Origin: Oculina patagonica
Taxonomy: Eukaryota
Length of the DNA stretch: 64,000 nt
NCBI RefSeq assembly: GCF_052425735.1
Contig: NC_135770.1
Span: 21,824,001 to 21,888,000, forward strand
Direction of reading: 5' to 3'
Made by a program: the position numbers and the translations under genes
In this document: positions 1-11,500 of the stretch, piece after piece
Layout of the letters: the number at the start of each line of letters is the position of its first letter
Numbering within the stretch: the stretch's first letter is position 1
Notes under the pieces: generated by a model
Told to the model about the DNA's origin: nothing
What the model saw: only the letters and a program-made list of their open reading frames with translations
Databases searched by the model: none

Positions 1-3000
1 CATCTTCTTTGGCACTTTTCAACCACCCTGCTGCTGCATCAGCTGGCTTGTCAGCTGCTTTCTTTGGCTGTCCTAACAGGGGTGGTAAGCCGGACGTCTT
101 GGGCTCTGGTTGTGTGGGCGATTTTGATTTTGCAGGGGAGGGCTTTGGTGCTGCTTTGCTCTCAAAAGGGGCAGGCTTGGGAGCTGCTTTACTTGGCGCA
201 GGGGAGGGCTTGGGTGCTGATTTACTTGCAGCAGGGGAGGGCTTGGGTGCTGGTTTACTCTCGACAGGGGTGGGCTTTGCTGTAGATTGTTTCACTTCAT
301 CACGTAGTTTCTCTGCCTCAGCTGTCTGCTTCTTCTGTGCTTCTAATGAAATTTGGAGTGCTTTTTCTAACTCTTCTTGCTCTCTCTTTGCTATTTCCCT
401 TAACCTTAAAACAGAAATGTAAATATGTACATGGAACATTCATTTCAAACAAAGTATATTTACAAAACTCTTCCTTTACAATATTTTCACATAAATGGGC
501 AGTTGTGTAACAGGTGCTATTATTTTGAGGGCTAGGAGCATTTTTCCTGTTATTTATCATTTCTCTTGAAGGGTAGCGACCTAGTCATGTGAGACCTTGA
601 GACAGTTGCTACCCGCCCCACTTTAATGGGAGGTTCAGGTGTAATGAACCTGACAATGTGACAGCAGAAAGGCAGGAAGATAGAAAGATGACGATTCAAA
701 ATAAGTGACAAGCAGGTGCCCTAAAAGTACCATCTTCCATGCCTGATCATCAAGACCACCAACAAGTATGACAATGTTTTTTAATTGTTCATGTGCAAGG
801 GTTAATGAGACCTTGATGGCTAAAACTATTGGCATCCTTTCCTGTCGACTGGATCGCAGAGGATCGCAAAATCTCAGAAATTTACTGAACCGCGTGATCG
901 CAATGATCGAAGAGCGAACTGTTTCCATATGATCGCAAAAAATCGCAGACGATCGCAAAAGTGTTGAATGGCGTTGAATGATGGGATCGATTATCAATAT
1001 TATGGGATAAATTTTGATCGCAATTGATCGCAAGTGTGTTTCCATATGATTGCAGTTATCGCAGACGATCGCAGGGAATAGAACTTGGTTCTATTTTCTG
1101 CGATCGTTTGCGATCGTGTGCTTCAGATGCGTGTTTCCTTATGATCCCTGATTGCAAAACCTACAATTCTGCGATCGTCTGCGATCATATGGAAACCAGG
1201 CTTAAGTGAGACCAAAATCCATGATTTACTTCCCTACTGAAGTGGGACAACAACAATCCCTGTCCCTTTCATATGGGAGTATGTCCACCCTGGGTCAAGA
1301 GACAGCAAGAAACCACCTGACATAAGGATGTAGAGACAGAGGACAATATAGAGACAACTGGATTGATGGGTCATATAGTTTGCAGAAATGTTGGAACACA
1401 GGAAACCAAAGGCATGGCAATCATGCCTGGATGTAATTGGGTGACCACAATCATCACTTGAATCCAGACCAAGAAAGGACTGTTAAAGTAAGGGCCTGTT
1501 TACATGATTCCGGAATGACTTTCATTCCGGAACGAGTTCATTCCATCCCCATACATTTCTCTGTATCTGTTTACATGATACCCAGACGAAAGTCAAGTCA
1601 TTCCGGAATGAGTTCATTCCGGTTTTCATTCCGCAATGAAAGTTTCGTTCTGGAATGACATTTCATTCTGGTTCATGTAAACACAGAACGAATTTCGTTC
1701 CGAGATGAAATCGCAACTCATGAAACTGCATACGGACTCCGCAGTTTGAATTCAGAGCGAAAAACGTGAAAGCAATTACTGTTTAGCCCAAAGAAGAAGC
1801 TCTATGGTCAAACTACTTGTTAAAATTGCAGATACGGCCATTAATGGGCACACAAACATGTTTGCGTGAAACAGGCGCCATTTTGTTTTGATCTCGCGCG
1901 AAAACCGCGCACATGAAAATGCCTTTGGTAGAACGGGTCGACCTTGTCATGTAAATGCAGAACGAACTTCATTCCGAAACGAGTTTCGTTCCGGAATGAA
2001 AGTCATTCCGAAATCAAGTAAACAGGCTCTTAGACAAGAAAAAGAATCACTGACAGTAATTTCAAAAAGAAGAGTGTTCACCTGGAACCTTCTTCATTCA
2101 CTACACTTTCCAGTGTTGGTAAAGACAAAGATTGCCTAGAGAAGGAGTCAGAATTAAAGAGTTAGATAGCATTAAATAACAAGAAAGCAGAATTAAAGGC
2201 CTGTCATGGAAGTGTGATTTGTGGTGGAGTGTACAAGGGTGGAGTTAGTATTCAGCAGAGTTTCGGGGCAGAAATAGAGTTTGCAGTAAAAGTGTAGTTT
2301 TTGAGATGGAAGTGAAATTTTAAGTGAGAAGTGGAGTGAGACGTATGTGGAAGTGCAGTTTTGTAGCACTAGAAGCAAGTAGTTTCGAGGTGGATTCAGG
2401 AATTGTAGCAGTGAAGTGGAAGTGCAGTTTTCCTTGCTTCCTTGCTCAAACTCATTCAGCATAATGCTACAACAGTAAAAATTTCTTGATGATTGATACA
2501 AAGCTGACTATTGCTTTTTTTATTACATTTTCAAGCCTCTTACCATTATGACAAAACAAGTCTTGAATAATTGCACCTTAACAATAAAACTGTTATCGTA
2601 CCCCTACCTAAGAAAAGCCATTTTATTTAATTTCTCTTTTTTACCTCTCATTTTCTTCTTTAGATTCTGCTATTGTCTTCTCAAGTTCCTGCTCTGTTTT
2701 TCCCTTGGCATCCTTTTGTTTTGACTCATACTCTTCTTTAGATCTCTTCAACACTTCCTGCATAATGGCGTCTTCATCCATGCTTGGGGCAACTGCAGGA
2801 GCCCCACTGGGCAGAGCAGCTGGTACAGGCACTGGCATTTGAGTCGGCATCGGCATCTGCATCGGCATTTGGACATTATGTATTTGTTGAAGAAGCTGCA
2901 GTGCCTGTAGCTGAAGCTCAATATTTTTCTGAATCATTAATCGCTTGAACACCTCAAAATCCTCAGCGGCCCACATCTGATCAAATACATCCTTTGTGAT

Positions 3001-5181
3001 ATGAAAAGAGGAGAGTGACAAAATTTTACAACTATATGTTTAAAAAAATGAAAATGAAAAAGGTATGACTGGATGCCACCAAGCAAGCTAGTGCTTAATG
3101 TGCTCGAGTGGGCTTGTTTTAAGCCCTGCAGGGGTTATTGTGCTGTGTTCTTAAATGCAAGTTAACTCTCAATACAAAGGGCCTACTCCACCAGCATCTG
3201 CCCTGAAGGAGTAAAAATACTCCTAGTCACTTCACACTACAGAAAATGGAGTTAAGTGCTGCTCATATGAGCCACTAGGTTTAAACGTTGACTTGAACTT
3301 TACTTCAAGGCTACTCGGCACCCAAAGAGAAGCCAGCTCAGGGATGAGGGAAGGACTCTCTGAATGATCCTGATGAGGATTTTTTACCACTTGAAATTAA
3401 AATCATATATTCAATTTGTACTGCTTAGAGTGTTTTTTTTTAAATTTTTTTTGCAGTAACTACATCCTTCTGGTCCAGAAGTTTTGTTTCTTTCTTTTAC
3501 TGTGGCAGGGATGTCGCTAAGCGCCAGCTGCCAGCTAATTTCACTGGCTGAAAGAGAACTTAAATCTGGCTGAAATTTCACATGAAAGCAAAGACTTTTA
3601 GAGCTGCTAAGGCCAGAAAAGCCGGCTGGGCTTGTTGATGAGCCAGCCGTGAGCTTAATGTTTTCTTAGCTACATCCCCACTGTGGATAGTTGAAGTGAG
3701 AAATATTTTTATGTCAATTCTGTGACTCATTGTCACTGCAATTTAACTGAGATGAAAAGAGAAGAAAAAAACAATCTCTGTGACCAGGGTGCCACATCTC
3801 TTTACTTACTCTATTTATTCCATTAAATTGTTGACTGGCGCTTCCATCTTTACATGCTGTCATGAACTGTTCCTCAGATATGCCAACATCTTTCAGAAAA
3901 CTGGCCAATAAAGTTTCCACCTGTAAAAAAAAAATAAGTCAAAAAAGCATGTTTTTTTTTGTCAAAAAATATTTAAGACATTAAGATCACTAAAACTGGG
4001 AAAACAACTTGAGTACCTCTTCAAATTACAAAGGATAATAGACAAAGTGAGTAGAAAGATGGCTACACCTGTTTAATGTATGCTCACTTAAGCTTACTGT
4101 ACACTCAGGTGCTTTTATTTGCAAAGTACTCTAAACAATCAACATTTATAATTATTTTAAGGCAAAAGTGAATAAATTTACATTTTCACCAGTAATCTTG
4201 CCAGAATTCTATGACATAATTACAAGATATAAGCTTTGGCTGATCAAATCTTGAGATGATTGACAGAATGAAAAACTTTTTTAAGGTACTTCATAACAGT
4301 GGAAAATTGCTGCCTTTTTTTCGTTGAGTACTTCTAATTAAAAGCGACATCAGTGTGCATTAGATCAGTTCCACTAGAGGTAACAAAAATTGTCTTTATT
4401 TTGGCTAGCTAAATATGCTGTTTAGTCTTGAATTCGCAACAACCATGACCCCGATCGCTACGTTTTATATTTTAATTTAAAATATCCATTAGAAAAAGGC
4501 TTAGTGTTTGACATTTACATGTTTGGTTTGCATGTTTTCTTGTTTTCAATGTATTTGACAGCAGAGAAAATATTAACCGATCCATTTCAAAGATAAGCTT
4601 TGTGAATTTAGCACAGAGGAATAAAGGAAATTCTAGCTCTTCGATGGCTGTAGAAAAAACTTGTAAATATTTACAAAAGCGAGATAGATAGGCTTGAACG
4701 TTTAAAAATATTATATTTTTTTATAATATTGCGGCGAAAGAATTTTAAATTTGACAGATCATTACATTGTTAATGATATGCGCTTGGAATGCAATAAAAC
4801 GCTTGAGATTTAAAAACTTATGCTTGGAGATTTGGAATAAAACGACGCAGACAGAGCTATAGCTAGTAAATTATACCTACCATTCCTTTATACTTGTTGT
4901 GTATTTCCTGGTAAGCTTCATGGTTTTCACCGTCGGCATCAAATACTGATGAATTGAAAAACAAATTCAACAAGAACAGATTGAAATTCGTATAGTAAGA
5001 CTTAAATCAGCATGCACTGCCGAACGCAGAGAGGCTGCAAAAAAATTCTAAAAATATAAGAAAAATACTTCGTACCTAGAGAATTCTGTTCTATGAAAGT
5101 ACGCACTGGAGAATTCCATATTGGTGAAGTTAAAAAGCCGACAACGGCATCAAAGATAAACTCTCTTTCACCAGCAGACAT
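1..5181 (-). CDS. CFAP36: Cilia- and flagella-associated protein 36 (CCDC104, BART-like domain), 3' end outside the window
   Basis: Phase-consistent GT-AG exons 5181-5076, 4945-4881, 3920-3810, 2991-2645 and 404-<1. They give MSAGEREFIFDAVVGFLTSPIWNSPVRTFIEQNSLVFD...YQEIHNKYKGMVETLLASFLKDVGISEEQFMTAC...WAAEDFEVFKRLMIQKNIELQLQALQLL, matching the CFAP36 N-terminal domain. Confidence 0.92.
137..286 (-). repeat. Coding 33-bp tandem repeat (about 4.5 copies of SKxAPKPSPAx) in a CFAP36 exon
   Basis: Units resembling gggagggcttgggtgctgatttacttgcagcag repeat in frame with a 33-nt period. Confidence 0.85.
850..1203. mobile_element. Partial MITE rich in (c)gatcgc repeats, related to 18448-18886
   Basis: Repeated catatgatcgc/gatcgca motifs; right end ...atatggaaaccaggct followed by TAA. 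The left terminus is not recognisable. Confidence 0.6.
1492..2029. mobile_element. MITE, PIF/Harbinger-like
   Basis: TIRs gggcctgtttacatgattccggaatgactttcattccggaac / gttccggaatgaaagtcattccgaaatcaagtaaacaggctc, flanked by TAA/TTA; internal ttccggaa repeats. Confidence 0.75.
3085..3305 (+). mobile_element. Degenerate tRNA-derived CORE-like SINE
   Basis: Decayed match to 41965-42262 (gtgttgtgttctt..., gagtaaaaatactcctagtc...gctcatatgagccact). Confidence 0.5.
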
Positions 5182-5595
5182 CTTCCCTGTTTGCTACACT
5201 TGTGACCTCGTTTGCACTTCCTGTACCTTGGAAACTGCCTCGTTGTGGTGAGAGCATTGGCAACTGTCCAAGGGGGAGGGTGTCATTATACATTATAAGG
5301 AAGTATTGGGAAACCGCAGATAATGTTGAATAGTGAAATAACTTAGTATAATATTACACTTTTTACTACATTCAATGTGAAAAATGATTGCTTTGAAGAC
5401 TTGTAAGCTGTGACCTGGCTGTGACTATGTCTTTTATAATTTGTTTGTGATTTTCCAACTTAACCTCCCCTGCTTGGGATATTTTGTCATCGAATGGTTA
5501 GTTACCATTCTCCTACCTGGTTACACAAGTTGACATGGAGGCTTTTACGAAGCGAAGTTTGTTCCACGAAATCTTTCCCGATTTTTGACTGCAGA
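5182..5595. promoter_or_regulatory. Bidirectional promoter of CFAP36/CCDC175 with RFX X-box-like sites
   Basis: The start codons are ~415 bp apart. gtaccttggaaac (5223-5235) and cattggcaac (5255-5264) resemble the RFX X-box of ciliary genes. Confidence 0.55.
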
Positions 5596-8500
5596 ATGTT
5601 GAAAAGAAGATCTGAGTCAACGGACATAACACCTCTTGTAAACAGTGCAGTTGAGAAACTACAAGAGTTAGGTACTAATTATAAAATAGCCCTAATTTCG
5701 CTGTTGATTTGCGACAGGCAAGTCTCGCTTGTTTTGTTGTTATTTGTTTAACTGTCAGCTAAAACTTTTAATTTGATGTTTTTAGGACAACATGTTAGGT
5801 CTAGTAGACATGGCGTTGAACCAGTGGATACTTCCGGAGTCGACGTTGTCGTTAAAGCTCTCAAAGATCTGGTAATTTATACTGATGTTACAGGATAAGT
5901 CAAAACGATTTCGCTTGCAAAATCATATATTTTAGCTTTAAGCTTACATGTATTATTTAGATCCCAAAAGGTGACATTAGATTGTGAGTCGATTGTGAGG
6001 GTTTGCCCTGCACTCTGATTTCGCATGCACAGCAATAAATTGCAAACGTTTTTTATTCCTGAAAGGAAAGACTACCAACCCCAATTGGCTATTGTTTTGC
6101 CAAACTTTCAGGCTCAATATACCTACATTGTGATTATTAATTTGTGTTTTTTTATTATATTTAGGAAACAGAAAGATTAAAACTCCATGAATTACTAGAG
6201 ACAGAAACTATCACAGCCAGTGTTCTGCGTTACAAGCTACAATACTTCCCAAGTGATATTAAGTCTGAGATACAAGGTATGATTTGTGTGTGACACTTGC
6301 ATCACAAGGGAGGTTGGATACCAGGTGGGGGGGGGGGGGTACCCCCTATAGCGGACTAGACAGAGGGGGCTTACCTGAGAGAGGTGGCTTTTTCAGGGTG
6401 GAGATATGTTAAAAGGTAGGGATTTCACGTTGAAGTATAGGTAAGGGTAGTGTAAAATGTTACTAACAAGGTATTTACAGTGCGAATACTCGAACCGGGA
6501 CAGTTTGAACAAAGTTAACCAATCGCAGCGATAATTGATAACAATGGATGGCGACCTTTTTCGTTAGCGGACCAATGACGTTTAAGAATTGAAACAATAA
6601 GTTTACGACAAAATTAAAAAACTCAGCAACGTTGGCAAATAGATGCAGACCTCTCAGGAAACCCTTCTTTCTTTTGATTGGTTAGTTTCGATCCTAAATT
6701 TTTAAGAACTGACATCTGAAGGTTCTTACGGTGGTCTTTCGAGCTTTAATTTCGAGTTACATCTAAATTGTTAGGGCTTAAAAATAATTTTCCGCCTTGA
6801 TCAAGTTCGGTCTTGTGAGCGTTAGCATATAAATTCGAATAAAACAAACCTTTATTGACCTTCACTTTTACAACATTATATGGCTCTAACCAAACTCTGC
6901 GTTGTGAAAATCGACTAAACTGCAACGCCTTCTAATAATTTTCGCAGTAAGCCTTTTCGCTCTACTTATGCTGGGCTTACATAGTTTCTCAATTTCGAAA
7001 TGTTCAACAACAGCTCCGACCATTTTAAATCGTGGAGGTGTTGCTCACCTTCTGGGCATAGACGAATTGTTCAAATCATAATCCCTCAAAACGTTTCTAA
7101 CAAAGTGCCGGCTACTCTTGACCTCAGTCGCGATTAACTGTTGATTCATTCCGGTGTGTTGCAGGTCTAAAACCCGCTCTCGTAACAACTGCGAAGGTCG
7201 GCGACCATTGTCATATATTCCCCCTTCACGATTCAATCTGAGTTGAATATTTTTGACAAAAGCCATTTTACGGAATATTTTTGCACTCGAAATGAAAACT
7301 TTTTTACCGTTTCGAAACAAAACTAAAAATCATTTCAAATTTGGGATCGAAACTAACCAATCAAAAGAAAGAAGGGTTTCCTGAGAGGTCCGCATCAATT
7401 TGCAGCGTTGCTGAGTTTTCAAATTTTGTTGTAAACTTATTGTTTCAATTCTTAAACGTCATTGGTCCGCTAACGAAAAAAGGTCGCCATCCATTGTTAT
7501 CAATTATCGCTGCGATTGGTTAACTTTGTTCAAACTGTCCCGGTTCGAGTATTCGCACTGTAAAGGGCCTTTTCAGAACATCTAGAACAGGACTATACAC
7601 CTAACAGATGATTGATTTGAGTACTTCAAGGAGTTGCCATGAAAAAAGTTTAAAAGAGGGTTGCAGTATTACTGAAAAAAATGTTATTAGGGTTTGGACC
7701 TCAAGAAGGGGGGGGGAGGAGCCTCCATGTATGAGACCTTGTTGAGCATCTCCCTGGGTTGGATCCCGGGGGGGACTCGCATATGAAAGTGACGGGGATG
7801 CTTGTCGTCTCGCTTAGGGGTGTAAATTTCGGACTTTTGGTCTCGCTAAGGGTGTTCCGGGAAAAAACGCCAAAAACGCCAAAATTTTAAGCCATAATGG
7901 TCTCGTTTAGGGTTACACACCAAGAAATATACAAATATAAACTCCATTCTTAGTTTTTTGGTATCTTTTAGGGGTCAACAAAAGCTTGAGCCACAGCCAG
8001 ATTGGTCTCTTTTAGGGGTTCTTTTCAAAATTTCCGACGAGCATCCCCGTCCGTTTCATATGGGAGTCCCCCCCCCGGGGGTTGGATATCCACTAACTAC
8101 CCAGAAGAATAAATTGAGATCCCAGTCCCAAGATGGATGACTTCCCTCATCACAAATTCAAGTTTGGTACAGTAGAACAAATTTAAATACAGTTTTTGCA
8201 TGAGAATCAGGTTCCAAATAAATTTCATAAATTTAATTGGTTGGACCATGGCCAGATAGGTCAACTGTCTGATATGTAGTTATTTCGCTGATCTCACTTT
8301 GTTTAATTATGTTTTTAGCTGCTGTTTATTCAGCAAGACAATCAAATGAAGCAGAAATCAAGAGACTCAAGGTGAGTCTCAATTTTTCAGCATCCTTTTC
8401 TAAATGTTTTCAAAAAAATGTAAAGCTATGAGCCATGGTCACAGACCTATGATAATCTTTTAAAATAATGCATAACATGTAGTATTCCCATAGTGAGCCA

Positions 8501-11500
8501 TGGTCATGGACCTATGATAATCTTTTTAAATAATGCATAACACATAGTATTCCCATAGTCTCTCTCTTCTAGCTGACCTTGCTGTGTCCTTGGCAGTTAG
8601 TCACATCCAGTTGTCCCACAAGAAACTAGCCTTGTCCATTTCATTTATTCTCACTGAAGGAGATTAGCTACCCGGCTTAGCAAATTTGAAATGCATATTA
8701 ATTAGTTTTTTTGCAAACCTATTTTATAACTTTTCAACTTATTTTGTGCACCTTGATTTTTTAGACCCAACTCAACACCGTTATCAAAAACATCAAGTCA
8801 TTACAGGACAGGCACCAAGATCTTGCAAAAGAAAATGCCAAACTGGAGTAAGTCGTGATGAAAACTTTATTTTCTTAAACAGTTTTTACAGTACATGTCA
8901 TTGTCTTGAGGAGGGTGAATATGGGTATGCAAATCTGCTGATCTGTGCTTTTTTTTTTTGGCCGAATCCATTAATCCACCACTAATTTTTGTTCAAATCC
9001 GAATCTGCTGTACTTGAACACTTTTTATGGTTATAGTTTCACTGCAACAGACAGTAAATTCTGTTTTAATGTCAATTTTTAAAAAGTTTCATGCACTGCT
9101 TGTAAATACCGGTACTTTAAATATAAGGTTCTTATTTTAGTGTTGTTGTTTATTTAATATCGCTCTTTTTTAGGCCAGAGAGGAATGATATGCAAACTGG
9201 ACATGATGAAATCATTGCACTTCTTAATCAGAAGATGGCTGACAAGGCCAGGTAATTAAATTATCATAAATAATTAAAATTGGATTTTTTTCAAGAGTTA
9301 TTTTTATTACTGATTAGTGCTGTAGTTTATTTTAAATTTCTTCTTCATGTCTTTAGCAAACAGATTACTCTTAATGAGACTCGTGATAGACTGAGAGAGA
9401 CATATAAAAGGGTGAGAAAGATAATTAATTTTAAAAAATAATACCCGGTAATTTATTAATATTAGCATGGTTTATAATTTCTAGCAAATGATGCGTGGAT
9501 AAGTGCTTTCACTGATAGTTCCTTTAAGTTAGTCTTTTTATATTTAATGTTTACTGAAACCATCGCTGACTGTTGGCCAACAAGCAACTGACAGAGTCGG
9601 CAGACAGTTAGCCAATAGTTGGCCAACAGGTTTTCTTTCTGGGAGCAGTTCTTCACTTTTATTGATAATTGACTGCAACTACATGTATCTAGTAGATTGT
9701 TCATTTTAAAATTATTTTTGCGAATGATCTAATTAGATTATTGACCTGGAAGACTCCATTGTTCAACTGAAAGAGGACTTGGTCCATGAACGCGAGGAAG
9801 CAAGGCAGGAGAAAGAGAAGCTAAAGCAGTCTGTGGTAATTAACAGACAATTTTCATTGTGCACGTGAAAAATAATGGTAACTTTGAAGATGCAATTTGA
9901 CTTAATGTTGTAAAAAACCTGGATGTTGTTGTCATGAGGATATAGTATCATTTGTCTCATGATTGACCTAATTTCAACTGCATTCTACTGGTCTTCATCA
10001 CCGATAAAGTTGACTGGTTACACATGATCAACTGGTCACAGGTAATCGATCTTATAAAGCATGATTTTCCGCTATAATGATCAGTTGGTTTTCAACAACT
10101 GTGATTGGTGTGTTTCAATCCTCACTTTTCCGGTGGGTTATTCCCCTGGGGGCTTAGTGTCACGCAGTTCTCCTGTTGTTGTAGTTCTTGATCGTGTGGA
10201 TCCAACCTTTTGGAATTTCAATTCCACTATCTCTGATGATGTTGTTATGGGGAGGTCTTATGTGGATTGCCCCTTTGACTCTGCGTGCGTACCAGTGCAG
10301 ATCACGATCAATAAACCTTACCTCGTTAATTCCAAAGCAGGTGGTGTCGGCTGTTGTGGCTGGTTGAGACCAGATAATTTAAAATCTGAGACATGGATTC
10401 TAAAGTTTATTTTAGACTTTCCAAGACACTGAAATAATGTTTTTTTTTTTTTGTGACTTTGAGGCTTCAAGGGGTGCTTACAATCACAGGTGCTGGCTGT
10501 TCTCACCCTTTCCATTTTTAAGCGATGATGTCATCGCTTATTGCCATCGCACGAAAGGGGTTTTTAGTCTGTCGTGATCGAACAGAAATCACGTTTAACT
10601 TAACAAGAAATCGCTGCGTAGAACACAAAAGTAAAATACCCCCATGCAGTTAGAATGGAACACTACAATGTATAAACGAAAGAGATTGATTATAAATCAT
10701 GGGATATATTATATTCAGTAGTCAGACAGAAATTTTTAATTCTTATAATATAAAGGGCCGCTGTGAGTAAGAGACTGTTTGACCTTTCTTTAAAAGCTTG
10801 CTCGTGCTTATCGTATGTCGTTCATCAGATGTCACACTATAATATAACACAAGAGAGACAATTGCAACGTAGGGAAATCTAAAAAAAAAATATAAAATAT
10901 AAAATAAAATATAACTGTTGTTCAACTGAGCAAATCTACAAAGAAAATGTATTAATTGCATCCTTTGCCTGTGAATTTATAAGTACTGTTACAGTATTTA
11001 TTTAAATTCAATCAGATCCTAACTATGCTATTTTTTCAATCACTAACATTGCTTATGTTTGGAAAATGCAACCTGCAGTTGGATAACAGTCTTTTTCACG
11101 CACAAGGTGTCAGCTACTTTTATTTACGATAAGTTTTGACAAATTTCCTCAAAATTATGTAAGACCCCTTGTGAAACGTCGTCACTTCTACATGCATTGC
11201 GTGCCATTTATTTCTTGTTCCTACTGTAAGGTGCACATTAATCAGTCCCCCCTGTAATTGCAAGTAAACAATCTAACAAATATACATGTATTTATTAATT
11301 TATAATTTCATTTAAGGCTGATACCCAGAAGAAAGCAGAGGAACAAAGGCGGACAAATATTGAAAAGAGAAAGTACGTAATGTTCCCTTGTCTGCTCTTC
11401 ATATTTCAACTAATATATTTTTTGCACACATTTAATCATTAATTTGTTTACTTCATGAATGTATGTTTTCCCCTTCAGGGAGATAGACAAATTGCAAGAA

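Noticed and set aside
9-422. 137-aa plus-strand ORF with GEGLGA repeats
   Set aside because: It is the antisense shadow of the repeat-containing CFAP36 exon.
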